The notes beneath the pieces were generated by a model. That model had not been told where the DNA came from. It searched no databases and saw only the letters and a program-made list of their open reading frames with translations. A stretch of 64,000 nt of DNA from Calditrichia bacterium (GTDB lineage: Bacteria; Calditrichota; Calditrichia; JAJRVZ01). The stretch covers positions 1 to 64,000 of the forward strand of contig CAVZSQ010000001.1 of the NCBI GenBank assembly GCA_963777955.1, given 5' to 3'. A program made the translations under genes and the position numbers. Shown piece after piece: positions 33,097 to 41,567 of this stretch. Within the stretch, counting starts at the first letter, position 1. Each line of letters opens with the position of its first letter.

Positions 33097-33531
33097 CTAG
33101 CGAATCTGACCCCGATGTAGAACCAGTATATAATCTCCCTGGGTAAGCGTCAGTTGATTACCATTAATCTCATAGGTCATAATTGACGAGCCATCGTTAG
33201 AACTTAGTGTCAGGATATTTCCGGAAACGCTCCAGGTTCCTTCATAACTGTCATCTAAACTATCATAGAAGTATTCTTCAATCTGATAGGTTCCATCCGC
33301 ATTAAAAGTGTAGACAAGAGAATAGGGATAATCATACATACTCCACACACCCACCAGATCGGGATCGATCTGGTCGGAACCGTCGGGTAAATTCAAATCG
33401 TTATTTTTTCCATAGCCATTATTACTGCCGCCGGTTATTCCCAGGGGATTATCGCCGCCCCACTGGGCACAACCACCTATCATTATGATTGAAAGGAAGA
33501 ATAGAAAAAGAGTAAATATAATTAGTTTCAT
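33097..33531 (-). CDS. Lipoprotein paralogue 3 of the array
   Basis: Lipobox IGGC followed by the invariant peptide; GGAGGAG RBS before ATG 33531. Confidence 0.85.
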   Translation of the reverse strand: MKLIIFTLFLFFLSIIMIGGCAQWGGDNPLGITGGSNNGYGKNNDLNLPDGSDQIDPDLVGVWSMYDYPYSLVYTFNADGTYQIEEYFYDSLDDSYEGTWSVSGNILTLSSNDGSSIMTYEINGNQLTLTQGDYILVLHRGQIR

Positions 33532-33563
33532 TTCGGGGACTCCTCCGTCTGTTAAGAAAGATA

Positions 33564-33606
33564 ATATCAAACCTAAGATTGGCGCTGACAACCTTAGGTT
33601 TGATAT
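33564..33606 (-). terminator. Perfect 14-bp intergenic hairpin within the lipoprotein array
   Basis: ATATCAAACCTAAG / CTTAGGTTTGATAT. Confidence 0.5.
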
Positions 33607-33619
33607 ACTTGCAGATCGA

Positions 33620-34072
33620 TTATTCTATAATGATATCGGCTCGGGTCAGTATCAGTTCAACATCACCATCATCAAGCGTCAGGTGATTGTTATTTACCGA
33701 ATAAGTATAAACGAGAGTTTCACCACCATAAATGTTAAAAGTAAGGGTATTCCCGGAGACACTATATGTTCCTTCCATCACCTGGGTGAATTTCGTGGAG
33801 TGTATCACTATTGTAAAAGTACCGCTGGCATTAAAAGCAAAAGTATAGGTGGTCTGTACCCATTGGCCGGCAGTAACCCACATCCCAATCAGTTCCGGAT
33901 CGATGATATTCCCATCGGCAGGTTGTGGTAAATTTAGATCGCCATTTTGTCCGTAACCCTCCTCACTCCCTCCGGTTATGCCCAGAGGATTGTCACCGCC
34001 CCACTGCGCACAACCAATCAGCAAAAATACAAATATGGCAGGTATCATCAAATAATTTATGAATTGTTTCAT
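33620..34072 (-). CDS. Lipoprotein paralogue 2 of the array
   Basis: Lipobox LIGC followed by the invariant peptide; AAGGAG RBS. Confidence 0.85.
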   Translation of the reverse strand: MKQFINYLMIPAIFVFLLIGCAQWGGDNPLGITGGSEEGYGQNGDLNLPQPADGNIIDPELIGMWVTAGQWVQTTYTFAFNASGTFTIVIHSTKFTQVMEGTYSVSGNTLTFNIYGGETLVYTYSVNNNHLTLDDGDVELILTRADIIIE

Positions 34073-34143
34073 TTTTCGATCTCCTTGATCTAATTCGCAT
34101 CAAAATCTGAATAAATGAATTCAGATAAAATATAATTACGATC

Positions 34144-34579
34144 CTATGTTACTCTTTTGGCACGGTATAGCACTATTTGTTTATTGCCATAGGACAGGAT
34201 AAGTCTGATTACCGTCTACCAGATAGGTATATACCTCCGAATTACCGCCGGAACTAATAGTAAGGGTGTCACCGGAAACGCTCCAGAGTCCTGAGATGGT
34301 TCTGTCTAACTGGTTTTCGAGATAATGCTCCATCGTAAAAGTTCCATCGGCATAAAATGTAAATACCGTTGTTGAATTGTCTCCATAGGACGCCCAGCTA
34401 GCCACAAGTTCTGGATCAATTTCACCGAAATTCTCCGGTAAATTCAGATCGTTATTTTGTCCGTACCCTTCTTTGCTGCCACCGGTTATACCCAGGGGAT
34501 TATCACCACCCCATTGGGCACAACTGCAAAGTAGCACGGCTAACAGGAATACGATCAAAAGAGGCATGTGTCGCTTCAT
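34144..34579 (-). CDS. Lipoprotein paralogue 1 of the array (+1 frameshift near 34204)
   Basis: Lipobox LCSC followed by the invariant peptide; removing one base gives GNQLILSYGNKQIVLYRAKRVT*, matching the paralogue C-termini. Confidence 0.8.
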
Positions 34580-34599
34580 AATATTAGTTCCTCTTTTTA

Positions 34600-35784
34600 C
34601 TAAAAATTATATGTGATGGAAAGCCGGTTGGCGATCGGCTCGGCCGAGCCGCTGATAAAATACGGCCCGTCGAAGAGCAGGCCTTCATTAAAAGCAGCGT
34701 CGAGTACGAAATTCCCAAAGTTAATGCCCAGGCCGAAAGTCATCTTGAATTCCGTGCTGTATGACTTCGATTCGGTTTCACTGCCCCCTTCGGGTTTAAA
34801 TGTCTCAGTCACACTCTGGAAAACCTGGGCGGCACCCAGCCGGCCGGTCAGCCATTTGCTGATCTTCGATTCAAGGCCCAGAAACACACCGGGTAAGGTC
34901 ATAGTCGTAATAGTGCCTTCATAATCATCTTTTACCTCTTCACCATCTTTTGAATATCCTACTACCTCTAAACCGAGTACCAGCAGGTTATCGTCATTCA
35001 ACTGATAATTCACTCCGATACCGCCCGCAAGGTTTAAGCGGTTGTAATCGGTGGTATAAGTAGTATCGAGGCCGAAACCGGGAGTTATTTCTCTGCTGGC
35101 CGTACCATAATAACCGACTACCAGCGGTACCAGTTGAAATTTATCCCTTTTTGCCATCCACATCCGCCCGTTAAAACCGACGGCCATTCCGTCCCAGGTC
35201 GACTTTAAATCTTCTTCCGCACCAGAGGCTGGAAATTCAGTATCGGCAGCAGGCAATTCAACCCGCAGACCCAGATCCATTTTTTCGTTGCTTATTCCCA
35301 CCCCTATAGCTATATAGCGGGCTGATTCTTTATATTCCACCGTATCGGTTCCGTTATCCATATCCGCTGAATAGCTGTCCATGCCAATTCTTAAATTTAC
35401 ACCTAAATCAAAGCCGGATAACTTGGTACCGAAAAATAAATCTGTCGCCCGGTCCAGGCTTACCTCATCCACCACACCTGCCGGGATGTCCAGATCGAGC
35501 GGGCTGTTCAGATAAGCACCCAGGACCATATTGGCAACCGGCATGTGTACGCCAATGGAGTAATAGGAGTTGTCATTCTTCACGCGCAATTCCCCGACAA
35601 CCTGGTTGGAGTACTGGTAGAAGGTACCAGGAAAAACAAAAATGTTCGAGTTATCACGCATGTAAAAACCAACCCCGCCCATGGATCCTACCCTGGTTTC
35701 GGTGGCTAATACAGCTGGTTGATACAGCAAGAAAGAGGTCAATAAGAACACGATAACTAAAGATAAAGTTCTTAAATTCTTCAT
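34600..35784 (-). CDS. Outer-membrane beta-barrel protein (FadL/PorV-like N-terminus)
   Basis: Signal peptide, TRVGSMGG..DNSNIFVFPG, alternating amphipathic strands, C-terminal ITYNF. Confidence 0.72.
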   Translation of the reverse strand: MKNLRTLSLVIVFLLTSFLLYQPAVLATETRVGSMGGVGFYMRDNSNIFVFPGTFYQYSNQVVGELRVKNDNSYYSIGVHMPVANMVLGAYLNSPLDLDIPAGVVDEVSLDRATDLFFGTKLSGFDLGVNLRIGMDSYSADMDNGTDTVEYKESARYIAIGVGISNEKMDLGLRVELPAADTEFPASGAEEDLKSTWDGMAVGFNGRMWMAKRDKFQLVPLVVGYYGTASREITPGFGLDTTYTTDYNRLNLAGGIGVNYQLNDDNLLVLGLEVVGYSKDGEEVKDDYEGTITTMTLPGVFLGLESKISKWLTGRLGAAQVFQSVTETFKPEGGSETESKSYSTEFKMTFGLGINFGNFVLDAAFNEGLLFDGPYFISGSAEPIANRLSITYNF

Positions 35785-35862
35785 AAAAGATCCTCCTGAT
35801 TATTATAAAGTACTTTTAAGTGATTTCCAAGCGCCCAGAAAATGATTATTTAAGTCTAAATA

Positions 35863-35890
35863 AAGTTAATAATATTTTTTAAGATGTCAA
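35863..35890 (-). promoter_or_regulatory. Putative sigma70 promoter of the barrel-lipoprotein operon
   Basis: TTGACA-16bp-TAACTT on the minus strand. Confidence 0.4.
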
Positions 35891-35940
35891 GAGTATTTAT
35901 TGAATTGTTTTGATCCAGACTGTTTCGGGGTATTGGTTAT

Positions 35941-35978
35941 AAAAGAAAAACCTACCCAGGGCATGATCTGAGTAGGTT
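35941..35978 (-). terminator. Intrinsic terminator downstream of kup
   Basis: Minus strand AACCTACTCAG-loop-CTGGGTAGGTT then TTTCTTTT. Confidence 0.7.
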
Positions 35979-36083
35979 CTCCAGACGTTAGGCTACACAA
36001 GGCGTGTAGACTTAGGTAGGTGTTGTATATAACCATGAATTTATTATTTCTATTCCAAAAATCAAAATAAAATTTTAAAAAAA

Positions 36084-37968
36084 TTAAACTTCTACAAATT
36101 GCCCTAATTCCACCACGCTGTTTGCCGGGATCTGATAATAGAGATTAGCCTGGTAGGCATTACGTGACATCATAATGAAAAGAATTTTACGCCAGCGGGC
36201 CATGCCCCGCTTGGCCGTAGCCAGCAACGTTTCCCGGCCGAAGAAAAAGGTGGTCAGCATCGGCTTATATTTAAAGTGCTCATCATCGATCCCGGACAGC
36301 AAACGCGGTATGTCAGGATCCTCCATAAAACCATAATAGGCTATAATTCGAATTACTCCTTCGCCCAGAAATTCAAGCTGAACCCGTGATTCATTGCTGA
36401 TACGGGGTACCTCAGTCGTAATCACGGTCAGGAAAACAATTGAGCTGTGCAGTACTTTGTTGTGCTTCAGATTATGCAGTAGTGTCCGCGGTACCCCTTC
36501 GGGATTGGTGGTCATATAGATGGCCATGCCGGGGACACGGGTAGGGGGATGATTCTGAATATCATGTACGAGGTCGTCGACCGAGAGGGCTTCTTCTTTA
36601 AAACGCTGGGCCAGCAGGGATCTCCCTTTTCTCCAGGCGGTCATCAGCATAAATACTATCAAGGCAATCAGCAGGGGAAACCAGCCGCCATGCCAGATTT
36701 TGAAAATATTGGAAGCGAAAAAGGCTAATTCAATACCTAAAAACAGGGTAAAAATGAATCCCACGATTCCCATATTTATTTTCCAGAATCTGCGCAAGGA
36801 TGAAAAAGCCAGCAGGGTGGTTATAACCATGGTCGTGGATACGGCCACTCCATAGGCTGCCGCCAGATTATTCGAAGAACGGAAGCCGATGACCAGTCCG
36901 ATAGTGGCAATCATCAAAATCCGGTTGATTTGCGGAATATAAATTTGTCCGATAATCTGTTCTGATGAATGCCGGACTTCCATGCGCGGACTGTAGCCGA
37001 GTTGCAGGGCCTGCCGGGTTAATGAAAAAGCGCCGGTAATGATGGCCTGTGAAGCGATAATCGTAGCCAGGGTAGCCAGTATGACCAGCGGATAAAGCGC
37101 CCAATCCGGAGCCAGAAAATAAAATGGATGTTCAATCGCTGCAGGAGTTTCTATGATCAAAGCCCCCTGTCCCAGATAATTGATCAGCAGGGCCGGAAAT
37201 ACGAAACTGAACCAGGTAAAACGGATCGGGTATTTCCCGAAATGACCGATATCAGCATAGAGCGCCTCCGCGCCGGTAACACACAGGAATACACCGCCTA
37301 AAACCAGGAAAGCAGTCATGCCCTGCGAAGTCAGAAAATTTATGGCATACCATGGATTGAAAGCATATAATACCTGGGGGTAATGCAGGATCCCCCGGAT
37401 CCCCAGTAAAATAAGACTTATAAACCATACGACCATCACCGGTCCAAAAACTTCCCCGACTTTGGTAGTTCCGTGTTTCTGGAAATAAGAATAACAGGAT
37501 CAGTACCAGGATGGTGATCGGCAGGATAAAGGGTTCAAAGAAGGAAGTCGCCACATTCAAACCCTCAACGGCACTGAGCACCGAAATAGCCGGGGTGATC
37601 ATACCGTCTCCATATAATAAGGCAGCACCAAAAATGCCGATAACCAGCAACAAGCCCTGAGTATGTTTTTTTCTTTTTTTGTAAAAAGCTACCAGCGTGG
37701 TTAACGCCAGTACTCCGCCTTCACCCTTATTGTCAACCTTCAGAATAAAGATCAGATATTTGATGGATACGATGATGATCAGGGTCCAGATGATCATGGA
37801 CAGGATACCGAGGACATTTTCCGGAGTGCGGCCGATGGTATGAGTTCCGTGAAAACAGACCCGCAGAACATACAGCGGGCTGGTACCAATATCACCGAAC
37901 ACCACGCCCAGCGCAGCGAGGGCCAGAAGTTTTAAGGAAGATCCATTTACTGTTGATTTATCTGTCAT
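36084..37968 (-). CDS. kup: KUP/HAK/KT potassium transporter (+1 frameshift near 37484)
   Basis: GVVFGDIGTSPLY, DNKGEGG, GDGMITPAISVLSAVEG, TGAEALYADIGHFG, GQIYIP. Confidence 0.93.
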
Positions 37969-38090
37969 TACTATTTCCACTTAATAGCTGGAACTATATA
38001 TATTAAGTTATTAAAATAACTGATTATCTTACAAGAAGTAAATAATAATTAATCAAGGAATTTTCCAGGATAAGTTTCGTTTAAAATAAT

Positions 38091-38504
38091 ATGAAAATTA
38101 TTAAGAAAATCGGGATTTCACTGCTGGTTATCCAGGTTTGCAGTTTTTATATGCTGGAGACTAATTTCATTTGTAAAAAAATGGAATGTTGCGGGCAGTC
38201 CAAATCAAAGCCGGCTCAATCATGCCGTTGCGCATCCACAGCAGATCAGCCGGTTTTAAAGAATATTAAATTTTGTGCATGTCCAGCCAATCTTAATGAT
38301 CAAAATCCACGGTCTGCTTCACTCATCGCGGAATCAGAATCCAAAACAACCGTTCAAAATATAAAGGCAATAATAAATCCTACCGGGCAATTCCAATTTA
38401 TAGATCTGTCCAGGTCCGCAACCAGCGGGCAGGCAGCGGTGCTCTTAATAAATCAATTTACTGCTGTAGATACCTATCTGCTTAACTGTAATTTTTTAAT
38501 TTAG
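38091..38504 (+). CDS. Cys-rich small protein preceding the metal efflux operon (possible leader ORF)
   Basis: CKKMECC..SCRC..FCACP, ends YLLNCNFLI. Confidence 0.6.
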   Translation: MKIIKKIGISLLVIQVCSFYMLETNFICKKMECCGQSKSKPAQSCRCASTADQPVLKNIKFCACPANLNDQNPRSASLIAESESKTTVQNIKAIINPTGQFQFIDLSRSATSGQAAVLLINQFTAVDTYLLNCNFLI

Positions 38505-38656
38505 ATACTTTCTAAATATTACTTAATCAATTATCGTACTACCGGCTGCTGGTGCGATCCCGGGCTGTAACACTGTTGAGTCCGCAGATCAAGCCATTTC
38601 AAGCGCGTTGGTGGTATATCTATTCGACACGATTTATAACGAAGGAGTCAGGATCG

Positions 38657-39940
38657 ATGATAACTTCATCAAAAATTCTGCAAATAATTTTAGTATTCAT
38701 CATGTCCGGGGGATTAATGGCACAGCCCAGGGCTTCGGCCGGTTTAGATGAACTGGTTACCGAACTTTTAGCCCATAACCCGCAATTACAGGCCGCGCGT
38801 CAAAAAACCGCCGCAGCAAAAACCGTGGTCCGGCAGGTCTCGGCCTGGGAAGCGCCACAGGTCGGGATTGAGTTTTACCAGACTCCCATTCAGTCTTTTC
38901 CTGATCCGCTTAAGCATAGTATGGAAACCGACTATTTTATCCAACAGATGTTTCCCTTCCCCGGAAAACTATCAGCGATGGAGCAGGCAGCTCAACAAAA
39001 TGCCGGGATGATAGATCAGGAATACCGCGCCCTGGAACGGAAGATGATCCGGCAGTTAAAGAATTCTTTTTATGAATTGTACCTGGTACAGCAAAAGATA
39101 AGTATCAATGCCGAAAACCAGGAATTGATGAAGCAATTTATTCAGATCGCGCTGAAACAATATGAGGGGGGGATGGGTAATCAATCCGATATCCTGCGTG
39201 CCCAGACTGAATATTCTGTACTGCTCAATGAACAGATCGACCTGGATCAGCAGCAGCGGATCATGAGCGCAATGCTGAATACGCTGATCAATCATCCTGT
39301 CGATGAATCCCGCGGTACAATAGCTGAGATCAAAACTGATTCACTGCCCTGGACGCTGGAGCAATTGCAAATCCTGGCTTTGCGAAATCGTCCGGAGTTG
39401 CAGGGGATGAATAACAATATTGCCATGAATGAAGCTGAATTGACCGCCTCAAAACGGGAGTATTTTCCGGATTTGATGGCTAAAGTTATGTACAAAAATA
39501 TGTCCGATACCAAAGATGATTTCTGGTCGGTAATGCTGGGTATGAATTTTCCCCTCACCTTCTGGTCAGGCAGCCGCTATACAGCAAAAGTTGAAGAGAA
39601 TAAACTGAAAGTGATACAAGCCGAAAATGAGTTTACCGGTATGAAAAATATGGTAGTGAACGAAATCTACAGTGCGCTGGTCCGGATGCAAGCCAGTTAC
39701 AATTCCATGAAACTTTACCAAAGCACCAGTATTCCGCAGGCAGAACAGACCCTGCAATCGATGCTGACAGGATATCAGAACGGAAAAACGGAATTTCTGA
39801 TGGTCATCGATTCCTACCGGATGATGTTGATGGCCAGGCTGGACTATCAGATGTCTTTAATGAACTACCTGACCGGTCAGGCTCAACTGGAAGAGGCGAT
39901 CGGTATGGATATCACCGACATTGCCAACCAGATTAATTGA
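38657..39940 (+). CDS. TolC/CusC-family outer-membrane efflux protein
   Basis: NPQLQAAR, QMFPFPGKL, RPEL, YQNGKTEFL; AAGGAG before ATG 38657. Confidence 0.88.
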   Translation: MITSSKILQIILVFIMSGGLMAQPRASAGLDELVTELLAHNPQLQAARQKTAAAKTVVRQVSAWEAPQVGIEFYQTPIQSFPDPLKHSMETDYFIQQMFPFPGKLSAMEQAAQQNAGMIDQEYRALERKMIRQLKNSFYELYLVQQKISINAENQELMKQFIQIALKQYEGGMGNQSDILRAQTEYSVLLNEQIDLDQQQRIMSAMLNTLINHPVDESRGTIAEIKTDSLPWTLEQLQILALRNRPELQGMNNNIAMNEAELTASKREYFPDLMAKVMYKNMSDTKDDFWSVMLGMNFPLTFWSGSRYTAKVEENKLKVIQAENEFTGMKNMVVNEIYSALVRMQASYNSMKLYQSTSIPQAEQTLQSMLTGYQNGKTEFLMVIDSYRMMLMARLDYQMSLMNYLTGQAQLEEAIGMDITDIANQIN

Positions 39941-39963
39941 TATCGTGATAAGGAGAAGCATAC

Positions 39964-41550
39964 ATGAAGAAGATTATTATAACTGCCATTGTTTGTATTT
40001 TGATTGGATTGGCCGGCGGATGGTTTTTCTTTCATACCTCTGCAACAACAACGCAGGAAACTGCTGCTGAAAGAAAAATACTCTATTACCGGGATCCAAT
40101 GAATCCACTGATCACCTCGCCAGTACCTAAGAAATCATCAGATGGGATGGATTTTACAGCGGTTTATACAGAGGAATCGGCTGGTGCAAAGAGTAAAAAA
40201 GTTGCCTATTATCAGGATCCCATGCACCCCTGGTATACATCCGACAAACCGGGTAAAGCACCCGATTGCGGTATGGATCTGGTGCCGGTTTATGAAGGGG
40301 ATAGCGAGGTCAAAGGAATTAAAATTGATCCGGCCATCGTACAGAATATGGGTACAAAAACGGAGATCATCAGCAACCAGAAATTGAGTAAAACAATCAG
40401 GACGACCGGTAAAATCGATTATGATGAGACAAAAGTTTATGCGGTGAATGCTAAATTTATGGGTTGGGTTGAAAAACTTCATATCGATTACAGCGGCCAG
40501 AACGTACACAAAGGCGAGCCTTTAATGGACATCTACAGTCCGGAACTGGTAACCACTCAGCAGGAATATCTTCAGGCGATCCGTTACCAGGCACAGTTAG
40601 CCGGCAGTGCAAGAGCAGAGGTTAAAAAAGGTGCCGACGATTTGGTACAGAGTGCCAGGCGGCGATTGCTTTTCTGGGATATACCTGAAAGTGAAATAGT
40701 CGCCCTGGAACAGCAAGGTATTCCCAAAAAAACAATGACCATCAATTCTCCGGTAAACGGTGTAGTGATCGAAAAGATGGTTCTGCCGGGGCAGAATATT
40801 ATGCCGGGAATGACCCTGTACAAAATTGCCGATCTTTCAACGCTGTGGATCCTGGCTGATATATATGAATATGAATTACCCTGGGTAAAGGTTAATCAGA
40901 AAGCAGAAATTGAACTTTCATATCTTCCCGGTAAAACTTTTAATGGAACGGTAACTTATATCTATCCGTATCTGAGCGCTGAGACCAGGACTGCCAGGGT
41001 GCGTATCCAGATCGGTAACACAGCTGGTCTTGAACTTAAACCGGAAATGTTTGTGACGGTCAAACTGATTTCTCCGCTCAGCGTCGATGCGGTGACAGTA
41101 CCGGAACAGGCTGTTATCCGTTCCGGCGAAAGAAATATCATCGTGATCTCATTGGGTAACGGTTATTTCGAGCCGCGTGAAGTAAAACTGGGGCTGACCG
41201 CTGATGGTTATACTCAAATTCTTGCCGGTGCCCATGCTGGTGAAGTGGTGGTCACTTCATCGCAATTCCTGATTGATTCGGAGAGTAATCTTAAAGCGGC
41301 AATTTCTTCAATGCGTGGACATGAAAACATGGCAAGGCCGCAAGCGGTCATGGAACCAACAGACAGTACTAAAGAAAAGAATTCTGCCGGCATGGAACCG
41401 GTTGGTAAGAACCAGAAGCAGATAATATATACCTGTGTCATGCATCCGCAGATCAGAACTAATGAACCCGGCGATTGCCCGTTGTGCGGGATGAAACTCG
41501 TGCCAGTAGAAACCGATTCAGGTTCCACTGGAACGAAACATGTTCATTAA
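39964..41550 (+). CDS. cusB: CusB-like RND periplasmic adaptor with three heavy-metal-binding modules
   Basis: YYRDPMNP, YYQDPMHP..PDCGMDLVP, IYSPEL, YTCVMHP..CPLCGMKLVP. Confidence 0.88.
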   Translation: MKKIIITAIVCILIGLAGGWFFFHTSATTTQETAAERKILYYRDPMNPLITSPVPKKSSDGMDFTAVYTEESAGAKSKKVAYYQDPMHPWYTSDKPGKAPDCGMDLVPVYEGDSEVKGIKIDPAIVQNMGTKTEIISNQKLSKTIRTTGKIDYDETKVYAVNAKFMGWVEKLHIDYSGQNVHKGEPLMDIYSPELVTTQQEYLQAIRYQAQLAGSARAEVKKGADDLVQSARRRLLFWDIPESEIVALEQQGIPKKTMTINSPVNGVVIEKMVLPGQNIMPGMTLYKIADLSTLWILADIYEYELPWVKVNQKAEIELSYLPGKTFNGTVTYIYPYLSAETRTARVRIQIGNTAGLELKPEMFVTVKLISPLSVDAVTVPEQAVIRSGERNIIVISLGNGYFEPREVKLGLTADGYTQILAGAHAGEVVVTSSQFLIDSESNLKAAISSMRGHENMARPQAVMEPTDSTKEKNSAGMEPVGKNQKQIIYTCVMHPQIRTNEPGDCPLCGMKLVPVETDSGSTGTKHVH

Positions 41551-41567
41551 CGAGCGGGAGCACGATC

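Noticed and set aside
31957..34579. Integron cassette array explanation for the tandem lipoproteins
   Set aside because: Spacers lack conserved RYYYAAC/GTTRRRY attC ends, the hairpins are unrelated, the genes are paralogues and no integrase is present
31957..34579. Diversity-generating retroelement or CRISPR-like repeat array
   Set aside because: No reverse transcriptase or cas genes; the repeated DNA is coding, about 500 bp apart, and varies at synonymous sites rather than specifically at adenines
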